Source: a virus
Lineage: Duplodnaviria > Caudoviricetes
Direction: 5' to 3' (one strand)
DNA: 35,354 nt
IMG/VR virus record: IMGVR_UViG_3300011437_000017
Location: 1-35,354 of that record
Part shown: positions 15,840-26,278 of the stretch, one piece after another
Position numbering within the stretch: position 1 is the stretch's first letter
Layout: each line of letters starts with the position of its first letter
Program-made: the position numbers and the translations under genes
The notes under the pieces: generated by a model
The model's input: the letters and a program-made list of their open reading frames with translations, nothing else
Told to the model about the DNA's origin: nothing
The model's database searches: none

Positions 15840-17831
15840 TTAAATAGTTATGTTGAAGGTTAAACAAAAATTGTGCATAGCGTTACCGTACCTGATAATT
15901 TTGTCTCCCTGCGAATCTCTTAAGTTCCCTCTCGCTCCTGGCATTTGGTAAGAACCAAAACTTACCCAACTATCAGTTGCAGGTCTTGCGTAAAGTACTT
16001 TTCCTCCTGCAGGACTTGAACTGCAAGCGATTGTTACAGTATCATCTCCTGTTATAACTACAGAAGTTATACCTATATCTGCATTACTGCTATTTAATAC
16101 CCTAAATCCACTATTTGTTTCAGAAGATACAATAGTTGTGTCCATTTTTAACGGCAAAACTGGTACATGAAACTTTATAGCTATATTGTTTCCTGTAACA
16201 GTAAATCTAATTGGATAAAGCGGATAAGGCTTTGAATTTCCAGTTAACCATTTGTGAACCATTATTCCATAATAAGCACCCTGTATTCTATCACTATCTG
16301 GTTTGTAATGCGCATTGTCAGCTTCATAATGAAGAATATAAGCCGGATTAGCCAATGTGAAAAAAGGATTACTTATCATAACGTCAAACTGGGCTTTAAA
16401 TATTTTATCCTGGTCGTTATTTGCTTGTACACTTTCCTGATTTCCAATCCACATCAAAGTGTTTTTTTGAGAAGTAATTGGCGGAATATCAGAATTGTAA
16501 TCTGCAATCAACTGATTGAGCATATCATAATATTGAGTTCTTGTAGTTCCTGCTGCAATATCCGCAACTCCATGAGTCCAAAGCATTATAGGAGCACTTA
16601 TTGTTTTATCCAATTCAGCTGCTCTCTGAATAGCATAATTAGAATAAGATATTGCCCTTTCATAATAACCAGTTCCCCCGCCTTTACTTAAAGCTTGAAT
16701 AGTAACACCGCCTACTCCAGGAGCCGCACAAAGAAATTGCCAACCTTTGTTTTGCCAATGAGTAAAATTAACTTTTTCTATACTATCAATTACTGTTTCC
16801 ACACATCCGCTCATTGGTGTTTCGCTGAAGCCAGCCCCGCCTTCAATAAGCGGCACAAGTGAATTGAAATTATTAGACACTGCCGGGTCTGGTCTCGGAC
16901 CTCCGTTAAACATTAAGCTGTCGTAAATTTGAGTAGTGGTAACAGGGTCTGCTGGACTTCCTGCACCTACTGAATTGCTTTGTCCGTAACTCATTAACAA
17001 AAGCATTTCTGTCGGAGCTCCATATATGAAATAAACTCCCTGAAATCCGCCAACTGTATCACCTTCTGGTTGAATAATTGTTCCAGTAATAACAATATCT
17101 TGAACTTCTATTCTTTTTGATAACACAGTTCCATCGTTTTTTACACCAAATGCAAGATTCTTGTTACTGTCATTTACGCAAAGAGCGAAACCTATATTAC
17201 GAGTTATATCTACATCACTTTCTACAACAAATTTATTAGCTAATGCTGTGGCAATTTTTAATATTCCAGCAGAAGTTAACTTTAAACCAGCATACCCATT
17301 TATATCAGCAACAACAAAATCGCTACCATTTATAATAAAAATAATTTCTGCTGTAGTGTCAGCCTTTTCTTTTACTGGTTGAAATTCGCTATCAAGAGCA
17401 TATCCAGCTAAATCAATAGCCTGAACAACTTTAGTCCAATAAGTTCCATTGTAAATAAAATATACAAGTCCGCCTTCTGTTCCAGTCACAACAATAGGTA
17501 CACCAACGTTGTTCAAAAAATTTGTATAAGTTCCAGCTTGCGTAGGAAAATATACAGCACCATCTTCAGCACCAATTGGAACTGTAGAAGGAATAGCTGA
17601 ATTAAAATCTGCTTCAACTGCAATTGCATCTTTCAGTTGTTGTTCTGTTATTTGATAAGAAACTCCTGTTACAGGGTCTGCAACAACAAGTAAATGTTGG
17701 TCTGCAATGACTTCCATCACTGGCAATTCATTAACCTTTAACCCAATTACTTCTGGAATACTCGTCCCTTCAATTCCAGTAAAGCTTGCAATTGTGATTT
17801 TCTGGTTGCTTTTTTGTGTTTTAAGTAACAT
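15840..17831 (-). CDS. Tail fibre/spike with SGNH (sialate O-acetylesterase-like) domain
   Basis: N-terminal virion-anchor-like region (VYFPTQAGTYTNF); GQSNS, GVGG, WTHGVAD, DNAH motifs; C-terminal RGNLRDS. Confidence 0.8.
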   Translation of the reverse strand: MLLKTQKSNQKITIASFTGIEGTSIPEVIGLKVNELPVMEVIADQHLLVVADPVTGVSYQITEQQLKDAIAVEADFNSAIPSTVPIGAEDGAVYFPTQAGTYTNFLNNVGVPIVVTGTEGGLVYFIYNGTYWTKVVQAIDLAGYALDSEFQPVKEKADTTAEIIFIINGSDFVVADINGYAGLKLTSAGILKIATALANKFVVESDVDITRNIGFALCVNDSNKNLAFGVKNDGTVLSKRIEVQDIVITGTIIQPEGDTVGGFQGVYFIYGAPTEMLLLMSYGQSNSVGAGSPADPVTTTQIYDSLMFNGGPRPDPAVSNNFNSLVPLIEGGAGFSETPMSGCVETVIDSIEKVNFTHWQNKGWQFLCAAPGVGGVTIQALSKGGGTGYYERAISYSNYAIQRAAELDKTISAPIMLWTHGVADIAAGTTRTQYYDMLNQLIADYNSDIPPITSQKNTLMWIGNQESVQANNDQDKIFKAQFDVMISNPFFTLANPAYILHYEADNAHYKPDSDRIQGAYYGIMVHKWLTGNSKPYPLYPIRFTVTGNNIAIKFHVPVLPLKMDTTIVSSETNSGFRVLNSSNADIGITSVVITGDDTVTIACSSSPAGGKVLYARPATDSWVSFGSYQMPGARGNLRDSQGDKIIRYGNAMHNFCLTFNITI

Positions 17832-17833
17832 AG

Positions 17834-20800
17834 TTATTTAATTAAAAGTGGTTCTCCATTACCAGTATCAAAATATATCTTATCATCTACGAGAAGTATA
17901 TCTTTAGGTAATTGATAATAAGGTTTAAATTCTGTAAAATTGAATCCTGTAGTATTATCCTTAAGAGTGAAATCAACAGAATAATAGTACATTGGATAAC
18001 CCGGAAGTTTATCAACAGGCTCGACTCTTGCATCATTACTTATTACATATCCAACTCCCTGAATCAGTAAATCTTCCAACAAAATGGTATTGCATATCTT
18101 AAGATAAAGCCAATCAGGAATACCTATTCCATTGCCGAACAAAACTGTTCTTTTTTTTGTGGCAATACTTCTAAGATTATCGAAATTGCCAATTTCATCT
18201 TCATTAATAAGTGTATCTATACTTCCGACCCATTTTTCAACCAATCCCTCAACCCTGATTTTACTTCTAAATCCATTGCTAAATACAGCTCCGGTAGTAT
18301 TCTTTTTGCTTCCGCCGTCAATTAAGATAGTCCCGTAATGCTTTTCTTTTATTGAAACCATTTCAGAAATTGCTGCTACGAAAGTGTCTAAAAATAACAC
18401 AAAATAAAAATCACCTTCTCCTAAATCAGCCAAATTAATAGCAACTTGCTGCATTACTTCTGGAGCTATTACAGGAGACGGAGTTTGATCTTCATAATCG
18501 TAAGTTGCAACATACACTCCGCAAGAATTTACAACAACAAGCCTTGTTGTTCTTTGTGCCGAAAAATTAGTTATAATTTGGTCTACCAATATCTCATTAA
18601 GTTCTAATTTCTGAACATACTGTGGATTGTTTACCCATTGCTCATTTCTATTTTTAAACCAATCTTCGTGAAGTTCAGGCGCTTCGGTATCATCGTTATA
18701 CTTAACCATGTGAAGTGTGTTGTAATCACTTCTGTAAATCGAGTCTCCCATAATATTAAATATTATTCCAGGATTAGATAAATTCATTAAATTTTCAAGA
18801 GGCGTAAGAGTAGAAACCAATAAACTCCATCTTTGCACATTGCGAGAAACGTCTTCAACTGACATTTTTCCTATTGGAAGACAATTAATGTCAATACCTT
18901 GATATTTAAACTTTATCAATCCACCACTTGAAAAATGTTCAACAGTATCCGCAAAGAAAAAAGGCGTTTCAACGGTGCAGTGAAAAATATAAGGATAAAA
19001 GAAAGAGCTATCTGGATAATCTGCGAGTTTAACGTCTGTGTTCTCCGCTGTTCTGATTCCGTCAATCGTTACTGCAAATCCAGGATTCTTGTCGCCAGTT
19101 TCAAACTTTAATACAGCATCAGGTTGTTGGTAGAATATTGACTTCCAATATGGCATCCGAGTTAACAAATTCCTTTTTGGAGTAAGTAATGTATTGAAAA
19201 CGGAATTGTCTATAACAGCTTCAACAGACGTATAAGCCGGTCTATTTAACTTGTATCCTTGTATAGTTACTGGAACTGCATCAACAAATACACCTGTAGA
19301 AATACTATGATTACCATTAGGAATTGGAGCTAATGGAGTTCCGTCTGTTTTATTAATTGGAACTACTTGAAAAGACCATTCTCCATTTACGCCTGCAACA
19401 GTTGTTCCAAGTAATACATCTTCATAATAATCAAGATACAATTTAACTGTAGTTAAAGGTTTAGCTACACCTTTTAATAATGGAGTGTTATCTTGTATTT
19501 GAAAACCTTCTTTAAACGAAGTTATCAATGGCAAGTTTACCCAAGCTTGAACATTGAACGTTGTTGTAGATCCTGCCAAAGTTATAGTATTCAAACCTTC
19601 TGGAAGTATTGGAGATTGATAACTCCATCTGCAATTTCCGTCTCCTGTTACAACTACTGGAGCAGCTCCATTTACAACTAAATTTGCAGTTGTTCCAGCT
19701 TCCAAAAATCCTCTTATCAAAGGTTGGTTATCCCAAAGATAATCTCCGTTACGAATATTTTCTATACTCTGCGGAGTTACTGAATCTACTATTGTTATTG
19801 TTCTTGACGCAACAACTCCGGTTAAATCAGAAAAAGTCATTTCAATAGTGTGTATTCCAGAATTAATATTTTCTTGAAATGGAGATAATGAAGTAATTAT
19901 ATTGTAAGCAAAAACTCCATTTGCATCAGAAGTTCCAGTTCCATCGAAAACTCCATCTACATAAACATTGAAATCTGTACTTGGTTGGCAAACTCCCCTC
20001 ATTACAGGTTTGTCATTGTTTATAATATCGTTCTGAAATGGATAGTATATTATTGGAGTTAAAGGCGAGTTGTTGATTTCTATAATAACAAAATTGTTTA
20101 CTAATGCTTGCGTAATAATTTTTTCATTAGAAATATCTACCATAAAAACAGTATCATCACCAGAGTTATCTTCACTTGAATCTTGCTGATAATCCATCCG
20201 TATAAATTCCATTCCATAGCAATCTTTGCGATATGGGGAAACAAGAGAAAGCTTATTCTTAACATTGTGCTGTACTATTGAAAAAGTATTTAATCCATTA
20301 AACTCGAACCTACCACTTGCGTGTCTGTAATCTTGTTTGTTCATGTTCAATTCAATCTCATTGCAAAGATATTCATAAGCATCTTCAACTTCTACATCTT
20401 TTACTTCTCCAACATCAAATAAATTTGTGCTTGGATTATATATGTCAGTAACTTGCTCTATTGAAATTATCTTTCCATCTATCTTGAAAGCAATAAACTT
20501 GTCAACATCGTACGCTTTAAACCAATCCCTAAACGAAGTCTTGATCTGCGAGTTCGAGGTATTTCTTATTGAATCACCGCAAGTTAATACTATGTTTGGG
20601 TTGGCTTCGAAATAAGTAGAATTAACTACGAATTGATTGCGAGACGCTCTGCCAACAACTTCTCTTAAAACATCAATCGGTCTTTTGCAATAAACAATAG
20701 TAGAATCAGCTTTTGTATCGGCAGTTACAACTATATTAGATATATGCGGAATGAAGTGAATATCTACATCTCCCCAATTTGCACTTTCTGGAACTATAAA

Positions 20801-21793
20801 CAAACCAAAAGAGCGCCCTGCTATGGCTGAAACTTCTCCATCAATATTTACTGTATATGTTTGCCATAAACCTTCTTCTTTAGTAACAAGAAAATTGAGT
20901 ACTAATGGGTACATATCTCCAAAATTGTCTATAAGCCATATACCAATTTCACGAGATTCACTCGAAGTCCCTGTTATACTTTCTACCATCCAATCAAAAG
21001 TATATTGTCCTCTTATCTTGAATGTCATATCACGAGTTGTCTTAATGAAATTCAATAGTTGCGGAAATTTAATTGCCCATTCACTTGGAGTTTGGTCTTG
21101 TTGTTCATTGTAATGAAATCCAAGATTTTGAGTTATAATTCCAAAAGAATCACCGTCTACATTAATTACATTTAGCGGCATCGTAAAAAACCTAAGCACA
21201 CTATCTACTATTGAAGGAATTGGGGAAGGATTGATAAACTCTGAAGCCGTTGGCTGATAAGTGAACTTACCTCTTAATGTAATTCCGTCGAAGACCACAG
21301 GAATTGTCTTTGTATCTTGCGCGTTACAATTTATAGCGTACTTAATATCATCATTCTGACTAAGTATTCCCCAAGCCGAATTGTCAAGAATTGGAACAGA
21401 ATAACCTGTTACAGTGTCTTTTGTTTGTGCCAAATCGAGTCTACCATAGTAATACTTTTCGTATACCATACTATAAGGATTAAAACGATCTGCCTGAAAA
21501 TACACTTCGCCAGCATATCCTCTACCAGTGTATTTCAAATAACGAATAATATCAGCTCCATCTCCACAAAATAAAAAATTAATTGCTACTGTTCTGACTC
21601 CGCTAAAGTAATTTTTATTAGTAGCGAATGTCAGTTGCAATTCTTTCAGATTGGTAGGATTATCATTTAACGGAGTTTTAGTTGCACCAATAGAAATAAC
21701 TACATGACCAATATTATTATAGGTTGAACTATAATAATTCCCAGATCTGTCTGTTAAATAACAATACCATTCTTTTGGAGAAGTTCTGTCCAT
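17834..21793 (-). CDS. Tail hub/minor tail protein with three inserted Ig-like repeats
   Basis: Position after tape measure; three repeats of the form P.I.......D..P...G...P...V......G......G.W.Y/F. Confidence 0.8.
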   Translation of the reverse strand: MDRTSPKEWYCYLTDRSGNYYSSTYNNIGHVVISIGATKTPLNDNPTNLKELQLTFATNKNYFSGVRTVAINFLFCGDGADIIRYLKYTGRGYAGEVYFQADRFNPYSMVYEKYYYGRLDLAQTKDTVTGYSVPILDNSAWGILSQNDDIKYAINCNAQDTKTIPVVFDGITLRGKFTYQPTASEFINPSPIPSIVDSVLRFFTMPLNVINVDGDSFGIITQNLGFHYNEQQDQTPSEWAIKFPQLLNFIKTTRDMTFKIRGQYTFDWMVESITGTSSESREIGIWLIDNFGDMYPLVLNFLVTKEEGLWQTYTVNIDGEVSAIAGRSFGLFIVPESANWGDVDIHFIPHISNIVVTADTKADSTIVYCKRPIDVLREVVGRASRNQFVVNSTYFEANPNIVLTCGDSIRNTSNSQIKTSFRDWFKAYDVDKFIAFKIDGKIISIEQVTDIYNPSTNLFDVGEVKDVEVEDAYEYLCNEIELNMNKQDYRHASGRFEFNGLNTFSIVQHNVKNKLSLVSPYRKDCYGMEFIRMDYQQDSSEDNSGDDTVFMVDISNEKIITQALVNNFVIIEINNSPLTPIIYYPFQNDIINNDKPVMRGVCQPSTDFNVYVDGVFDGTGTSDANGVFAYNIITSLSPFQENINSGIHTIEMTFSDLTGVVASRTITIVDSVTPQSIENIRNGDYLWDNQPLIRGFLEAGTTANLVVNGAAPVVVTGDGNCRWSYQSPILPEGLNTITLAGSTTTFNVQAWVNLPLITSFKEGFQIQDNTPLLKGVAKPLTTVKLYLDYYEDVLLGTTVAGVNGEWSFQVVPINKTDGTPLAPIPNGNHSISTGVFVDAVPVTIQGYKLNRPAYTSVEAVIDNSVFNTLLTPKRNLLTRMPYWKSIFYQQPDAVLKFETGDKNPGFAVTIDGIRTAENTDVKLADYPDSSFFYPYIFHCTVETPFFFADTVEHFSSGGLIKFKYQGIDINCLPIGKMSVEDVSRNVQRWSLLVSTLTPLENLMNLSNPGIIFNIMGDSIYRSDYNTLHMVKYNDDTEAPELHEDWFKNRNEQWVNNPQYVQKLELNEILVDQIITNFSAQRTTRLVVVNSCGVYVATYDYEDQTPSPVIAPEVMQQVAINLADLGEGDFYFVLFLDTFVAAISEMVSIKEKHYGTILIDGGSKKNTTGAVFSNGFRSKIRVEGLVEKWVGSIDTLINEDEIGNFDNLRSIATKKRTVLFGNGIGIPDWLYLKICNTILLEDLLIQGVGYVISNDARVEPVDKLPGYPMYYYSVDFTLKDNTTGFNFTEFKPYYQLPKDILLVDDKIYFDTGNGEPLLIK

Positions 21794-22002
21794 TATTGTG
21801 TATTTGCAAGTAACGCAATCCTAACATCAAGTAATACCAAATACTCTTTCATTGCCTTTAATTGCATATTAAGAAGAGTAATATGAATCTGTCCAATGTT
21901 TTCAAGTTGGGCTTTAACTTCAAGATATTTTTCAAGTCTTTCGACTCTTCCGTTTAAATCAAACCTTTCTATTTTAAGTCTTTGAAAATAACCGTTATCC
22001 AT
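21793..22002 (-). CDS. crAss001_48-like protein
   Basis: QRL..E...L..R..RL..YL...LL..QL.AM..YL..L..RI pattern. Confidence 0.75.
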   Translation of the reverse strand: MDNGYFQRLKIERFDLNGRVERLEKYLEVKAQLENIGQIHITLLNMQLKAMKEYLVLLDVRIALLANTQ

Positions 22003-25000
22003 AAAGTATTCTGTTTACGTACATTTGTTTAGAAATATCTACATTGATTTTTGGCTTGAAGATATTCTTGATTGCTCTGTTAGACTTTTGAATTTGCTTA
22101 CCAAGATACATTGTTTGTTCCCAAGTCGAATCGCGTTTTTCTGGAAACACAGGTATCTTATAAAGTGGAATCAACTCCGTTCCTGCTGGCAAGTGTTTAA
22201 TAGTTGGTTTGTCTGCGATATATGTTCTTCCACCAGGTTCCTTAACTAATTCACTACCGGCTTCACCAAACAACGCATCTCCGCCCTTATGAATACCGCC
22301 TTCTGCGTATGACGGTATCTTGACTGCCAATGCAGTAGCAAGTTGCGCAGCACCTAAAGCGCCGATTGAAATAGCAAGTGGAACACCTAAAGCTCCGTAC
22401 TTCAATGCACTCACTATTGCAATAGATGTATTAAGTATAATTTCACCTATTGCCATTTCCTTATTAAATACCGCTTGGTCATGCGCAAGTTTCTTTTGCT
22501 TTTTAGCAGATTCTTCTTCACGAGCATCCCTCTGCGCATTAAGCTGAATTTCGTAAGCATTTTTTTCCTTTGAGGAAATCGTAGAGCGTTCAATAGCTTC
22601 AAGCTGATTTTCTATCATATCATTGAACGCATCTTGCTCTTCCTGAATACGCTCCATCCTTGCTTCAAAAGCTTGATTACCAATCTGCTCTATGAAGTTG
22701 ATTGCTTCTGCTTGAAGTTGCTTGTAGTTATTAGCTTTATCTTCTTCAAGCTTCTTTTGTACCGAAACATCTTGTTGAGCGGCAGTTAATGTATCTTTTG
22801 ATAATTCTTTTTGAGAGCCAATAACAGCCTCATTTGCTTTATCGAGATTCTGCTGAAGTCCTTGAACTGCACCAACTCCAGCCTGTGTAGGAGATAAAAA
22901 CAAAGAAATAATGCCGCCAGCGAGTTTGTTTCGAGCTTCTTGTTGCGCACCTTCGAGCCTGCTTAATTCTTCCCTGTCGTCTTGAATACGAGCGTTATTT
23001 ATATTGTTGCGAGAATTCCTTTCGATTTCCTCGATTCTTCTCGTATACTCTTTATACGATATTTCTTTATTCTTAAATTGATTATTTAGCTTAATCAATT
23101 CGTCAGTTGCAATATCTTGGGCAGCGGACTCGTTTAAATCACCTTGACGCTTGATTTCTTTAAACATCTTATCAAACCAAGATGTTGCAATGGCAAATGT
23201 TTGCTTGCGAATATCATTCTCTACATCAGCGGTAGAAGCTTTTAATTGAGCATCCAACTGTTTCTTTTTGAGAATATAAAGTTCGTCAGGCAATGTATCT
23301 TTTGCAACTTTTAAGTCTTTTTCATACTGAAGCTGTATTCCACTAATTCTTATGTTGGTATAATTCTTGAACGCTTCCATCCTCTTTTCGTAAGAGTTTT
23401 CTTCGTTATCCATCACTTCTTTAGTCGCAAGCTGGTTAGCGCGAATTTCTGCATCTGCAGCTAAAAATACCAATTCGGTTCTTTTCAAATAAAAATCCTT
23501 TATTATTTTCGCAACGTCTTTAGCTCTCTTCCTTTCTATTTCTGCGCTTTTTTCAGCATAATCATTTTCCGCTTCTATTATTGCATCCCTTGTAGCATTT
23601 GCATTAGTGATTATGTATTGACGTTTTGCATCTGCAAGACCCTGCTCAACTTCTGCTATCCCCTTTGTTGCATTAATCCTGTCTTCTTCACTTGACAGTT
23701 CATTATCAAGTATCATTTGATTATACACTTTAGTATCTTCTAATTCAAGCTCTTTGTTACTTAATGTAATTTTTCTTTCCTCTTCTGAAAAATATTTGGT
23801 ATTTGCAAGTTGCTCTTCTTTAATAGCGTTTGTGTTATTTGCTTGGGCATTAAGAGCTTCAGACATATCTGTATAGAGACCCTTAACAGCATTTCTGTTC
23901 TCATTGATGCCCTTTAATTCATCATTAAGTAAATCAAAACGCTCTTTTAAAGCACTCTTTAGCCTTGCATTTTTAGCTATATCAATTCCAGCGCCACCCT
24001 TAAGTAATTCGCTTCTATCCAAATTTACCTTTACTGCTTCGGCTTTACGTAAAGCATCATTAACTGCCTGTATTTCAACGGCTTTATTTGCAGCTTTTCG
24101 GTCTAAATCCAAAGCTTCTTGATTTAACCTATTAACTTCTTTTACAGTTGCGCCAAGCGTTTTAACCTTGTCATCTGCATATTTCTTTTCGGCATCAAGA
24201 GTTTTTTTCCTGTCGTCAGCTAATTGAGTATAATTTTCTCCGCTTGCTTTTGCAAGCTCTTCGTTTCGTTTAGCTGCATCAACTCCAAATTTAGATGCCT
24301 CTGTTAACTCTTCTGATGTATTTGAAAGTATGTTATTAAAATTAGTCATTACAGTATTGAGCCTACCCTGACGCTCAATAGCTTTTTCTGTCTCGTTCGA
24401 AAATAAACCAAGAGCTTCTGCTGCTTTAGCAATAGCTTCAAATGCGAGATTAAATATACCAGCCATACCTAAACCCGGAAGTATATACGCCAAGTTACGA
24501 ACAACGCTCAGAGATTCAGACAAATTTTTACCAATCAAAGCTGCGCCACCTGAACCAGCTTTTTCTAATGATTTTTCAACAGTACCAACAGCTTTATTCG
24601 CTTCCCTTAATTGTCCAGCCAATCCTTCTTGAACACCTTTGGGCGATTTATTAAGTATCGAATTACTATAAGCGATTTCCAGTTCTTTTACTTTGTCTTT
24701 TAAACCCTTATATAAACTATTATTTTCAAGAATCTTTTTTCCGTGATTAACATTAGCAGCAGTATTTTTATTTGTAGCAGAAGTATTAGCGTTAAGAGCA
24801 GTGGTTGCATCTTTTGCTCCTTTAGCTGTACCAGCAAGAGCTGTATTAGCTGTTTTAGTTTTCTTGCCCATCTCATCCATTGCCAAACCTAATTTAGCAA
24901 CGCTCGATTGCAAAGCAGAAAGTGCGCCTTGCTGTTCTTTAATAGAAGCAGTAAGTTGTTGCAAACCAGATATATCTATAGGAGATATTTTTACGTTCTC

Positions 25001-25108
25001 ATATTTCTTGAGATTGGCGTGCAAATCTTCTACTATTTTTAGTACTCGCTTGGCTTGGGCATCAAGTTCTTGTTCGTTAAAACCTACCGATAATAAATTC
25101 TCTGCCAT
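21995..25108 (-). CDS. Tape measure protein
   Basis: 1037 aa, Ala/Lys/Glu helical, hydrophobic segments, C-terminal PSYAEGG...GEAGSELV. Confidence 0.9.
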   Translation of the reverse strand: MAENLLSVGFNEQELDAQAKRVLKIVEDLHANLKKYENVKISPIDISGLQQLTASIKEQQGALSALQSSVAKLGLAMDEMGKKTKTANTALAGTAKGAKDATTALNANTSATNKNTAANVNHGKKILENNSLYKGLKDKVKELEIAYSNSILNKSPKGVQEGLAGQLREANKAVGTVEKSLEKAGSGGAALIGKNLSESLSVVRNLAYILPGLGMAGIFNLAFEAIAKAAEALGLFSNETEKAIERQGRLNTVMTNFNNILSNTSEELTEASKFGVDAAKRNEELAKASGENYTQLADDRKKTLDAEKKYADDKVKTLGATVKEVNRLNQEALDLDRKAANKAVEIQAVNDALRKAEAVKVNLDRSELLKGGAGIDIAKNARLKSALKERFDLLNDELKGINENRNAVKGLYTDMSEALNAQANNTNAIKEEQLANTKYFSEEERKITLSNKELELEDTKVYNQMILDNELSSEEDRINATKGIAEVEQGLADAKRQYIITNANATRDAIIEAENDYAEKSAEIERKRAKDVAKIIKDFYLKRTELVFLAADAEIRANQLATKEVMDNEENSYEKRMEAFKNYTNIRISGIQLQYEKDLKVAKDTLPDELYILKKKQLDAQLKASTADVENDIRKQTFAIATSWFDKMFKEIKRQGDLNESAAQDIATDELIKLNNQFKNKEISYKEYTRRIEEIERNSRNNINNARIQDDREELSRLEGAQQEARNKLAGGIISLFLSPTQAGVGAVQGLQQNLDKANEAVIGSQKELSKDTLTAAQQDVSVQKKLEEDKANNYKQLQAEAINFIEQIGNQAFEARMERIQEEQDAFNDMIENQLEAIERSTISSKEKNAYEIQLNAQRDAREEESAKKQKKLAHDQAVFNKEMAIGEIILNTSIAIVSALKYGALGVPLAISIGALGAAQLATALAVKIPSYAEGGIHKGGDALFGEAGSELVKEPGGRTYIADKPTIKHLPAGTELIPLYKIPVFPEKRDSTWEQTMYLGKQIQKSNRAIKNIFKPKINVDISKQMYVNRILYG

Positions 25109-25109
25109 A

Positions 25110-25697
25110 TTATCTTGTTTTAAGTCTTTCAGCCGTTAATCTCGTTGATTCATCTTGAACTGCTTTTATCATTAAAGCGAGTTCTTCAACAGTTGTTTTT
25201 TCTCTATCAATACGATATCCCTCTTTACTAAAGGAATTAAGCATCTTTATAAATTCGTGTCTTGACTGAATCTCTGGTTTATCTTCTTTTTTAGCATCAC
25301 GAAGTTGTCCAAACTCGAATTCCTTTCTACGTAATTCAAGTTCTTTCGCTCTCGTCATACTCGAAATTTTATTCATTTGTGAAATAAATTTCTTTTCATC
25401 TTCTTCCCATTTTACCTTATGACCAATTCTCTCGAACAACTCGAAGCCGTCAATATAAGGAACTTTGAATGTTTCAAAGAATATCAATTGCGCCCAAACC
25501 AAAGTTTTCGCAGTATATATTCTATTTTTTAGATAGTTTATATAAGTGAAAAGTTCAAACTCTTTTGAATTATAGAGACCAGTGAGATCTATGTATTCAC
25601 TATAGACAATATCAAAATCTTCCTTAGATAAATTAGTGAAATCGTGTGAAAACCACGCATCTATAAAAACATTCAGATTTACTTTTTCACATCTCAT
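25110..25697 (-). CDS. Putative tail assembly chaperone (start MRCEKV)
   Basis: Immediately upstream of tape measure; helical; YRID...TV.E C-terminal motif. Confidence 0.6.
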   Translation of the reverse strand: MRCEKVNLNVFIDAWFSHDFTNLSKEDFDIVYSEYIDLTGLYNSKEFELFTYINYLKNRIYTAKTLVWAQLIFFETFKVPYIDGFELFERIGHKVKWEEDEKKFISQMNKISSMTRAKELELRRKEFEFGQLRDAKKEDKPEIQSRHEFIKMLNSFSKEGYRIDREKTTVEELALMIKAVQDESTRLTAERLKTR

Positions 25698-25706
25698 AAA
25701 ACAGCC

Positions 25707-25725
25707 TTTCCACAAAAAGAAAAAT
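25707..25725 (-). repeat. Leader motif ATTTTTCTTTTTGTGGAAA (copy A)
   Basis: Identical 19-mer at 34662-34680; 9 nt before ATG. Confidence 0.65.
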
Positions 25726-25732
25726 ACAAAAT

Positions 25733-26206
25733 TCATTTTTGAAATAGCTCATCTATAGTATCTTGCAAATCAGGCGCTATTTTATTCTGGAATAAAAAAC
25801 GCTCCGATTCTGGACTTAGTTCGATAATATCAGGTCCGCTTCTTCCTTTAATGATCTCGATTAATGGAGAACGACTCCTAATTTCAAATTCGCCATTATC
25901 GTAAACAAATACATAAAGAGAGCGATAGAAGTTTCCAGACATAAAGTTGGTTACATGACTTATGATAGAAGCAAGTCCGCTCATTTTCGCCTTCTTCAAT
26001 ATAGTTCTATGAGCATAGCCCTTAACTCTCACATTATTTCTCGTTAAGTACACAGGCTCTCCATTGCCATCAAACCCTCTTGCCAACTGATTTTGAACCA
26101 TCTTCACTATTTCGGCTCTTTCAATAGTAATTTCCTTTTTAATTTCCTGTTTAGCAAGAAATCCCTTGAGTCTCTTTTCAACTTCTTCAAATCCTTTAAA
26201 TGGCAT
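25733..26206 (-). CDS. Virion morphogenesis/tail completion protein (HK97 gp10-like)
   Basis: Basic; Y..RT..KK...VT...SG.FYRSL pattern; tail-gene context. Confidence 0.6.
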   Translation of the reverse strand: MPFKGFEEVEKRLKGFLAKQEIKKEITIERAEIVKMVQNQLARGFDGNGEPVYLTRNNVRVKGYAHRTILKKAKMSGLASIISHVTNFMSGNFYRSLYVFVYDNGEFEIRSRSPLIEIIKGRSGPDIIELSPESERFLFQNKIAPDLQDTIDELFQK

Positions 26207-26218
26207 TACAGAAACTTT

Positions 26219-26251
26219 AAAAAGAGCGCATCCACATGACGAGATGCGCTC
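26219..26251 (-). terminator. Rho-independent terminator after major tail protein
   Basis: GAGCGCATC-N10-GATGCGCTC-TTTTT. Confidence 0.82.
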
Positions 26252-26278
26252 CCAATTTAAAAACAGGCAAAAGCAAAA

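Noticed and set aside
25110-26206. Programmed -1 frameshift of the tail chaperone (lambda G/GT type)
   Set aside because: A single ORF runs up to the tape measure; no second-frame extension is evident
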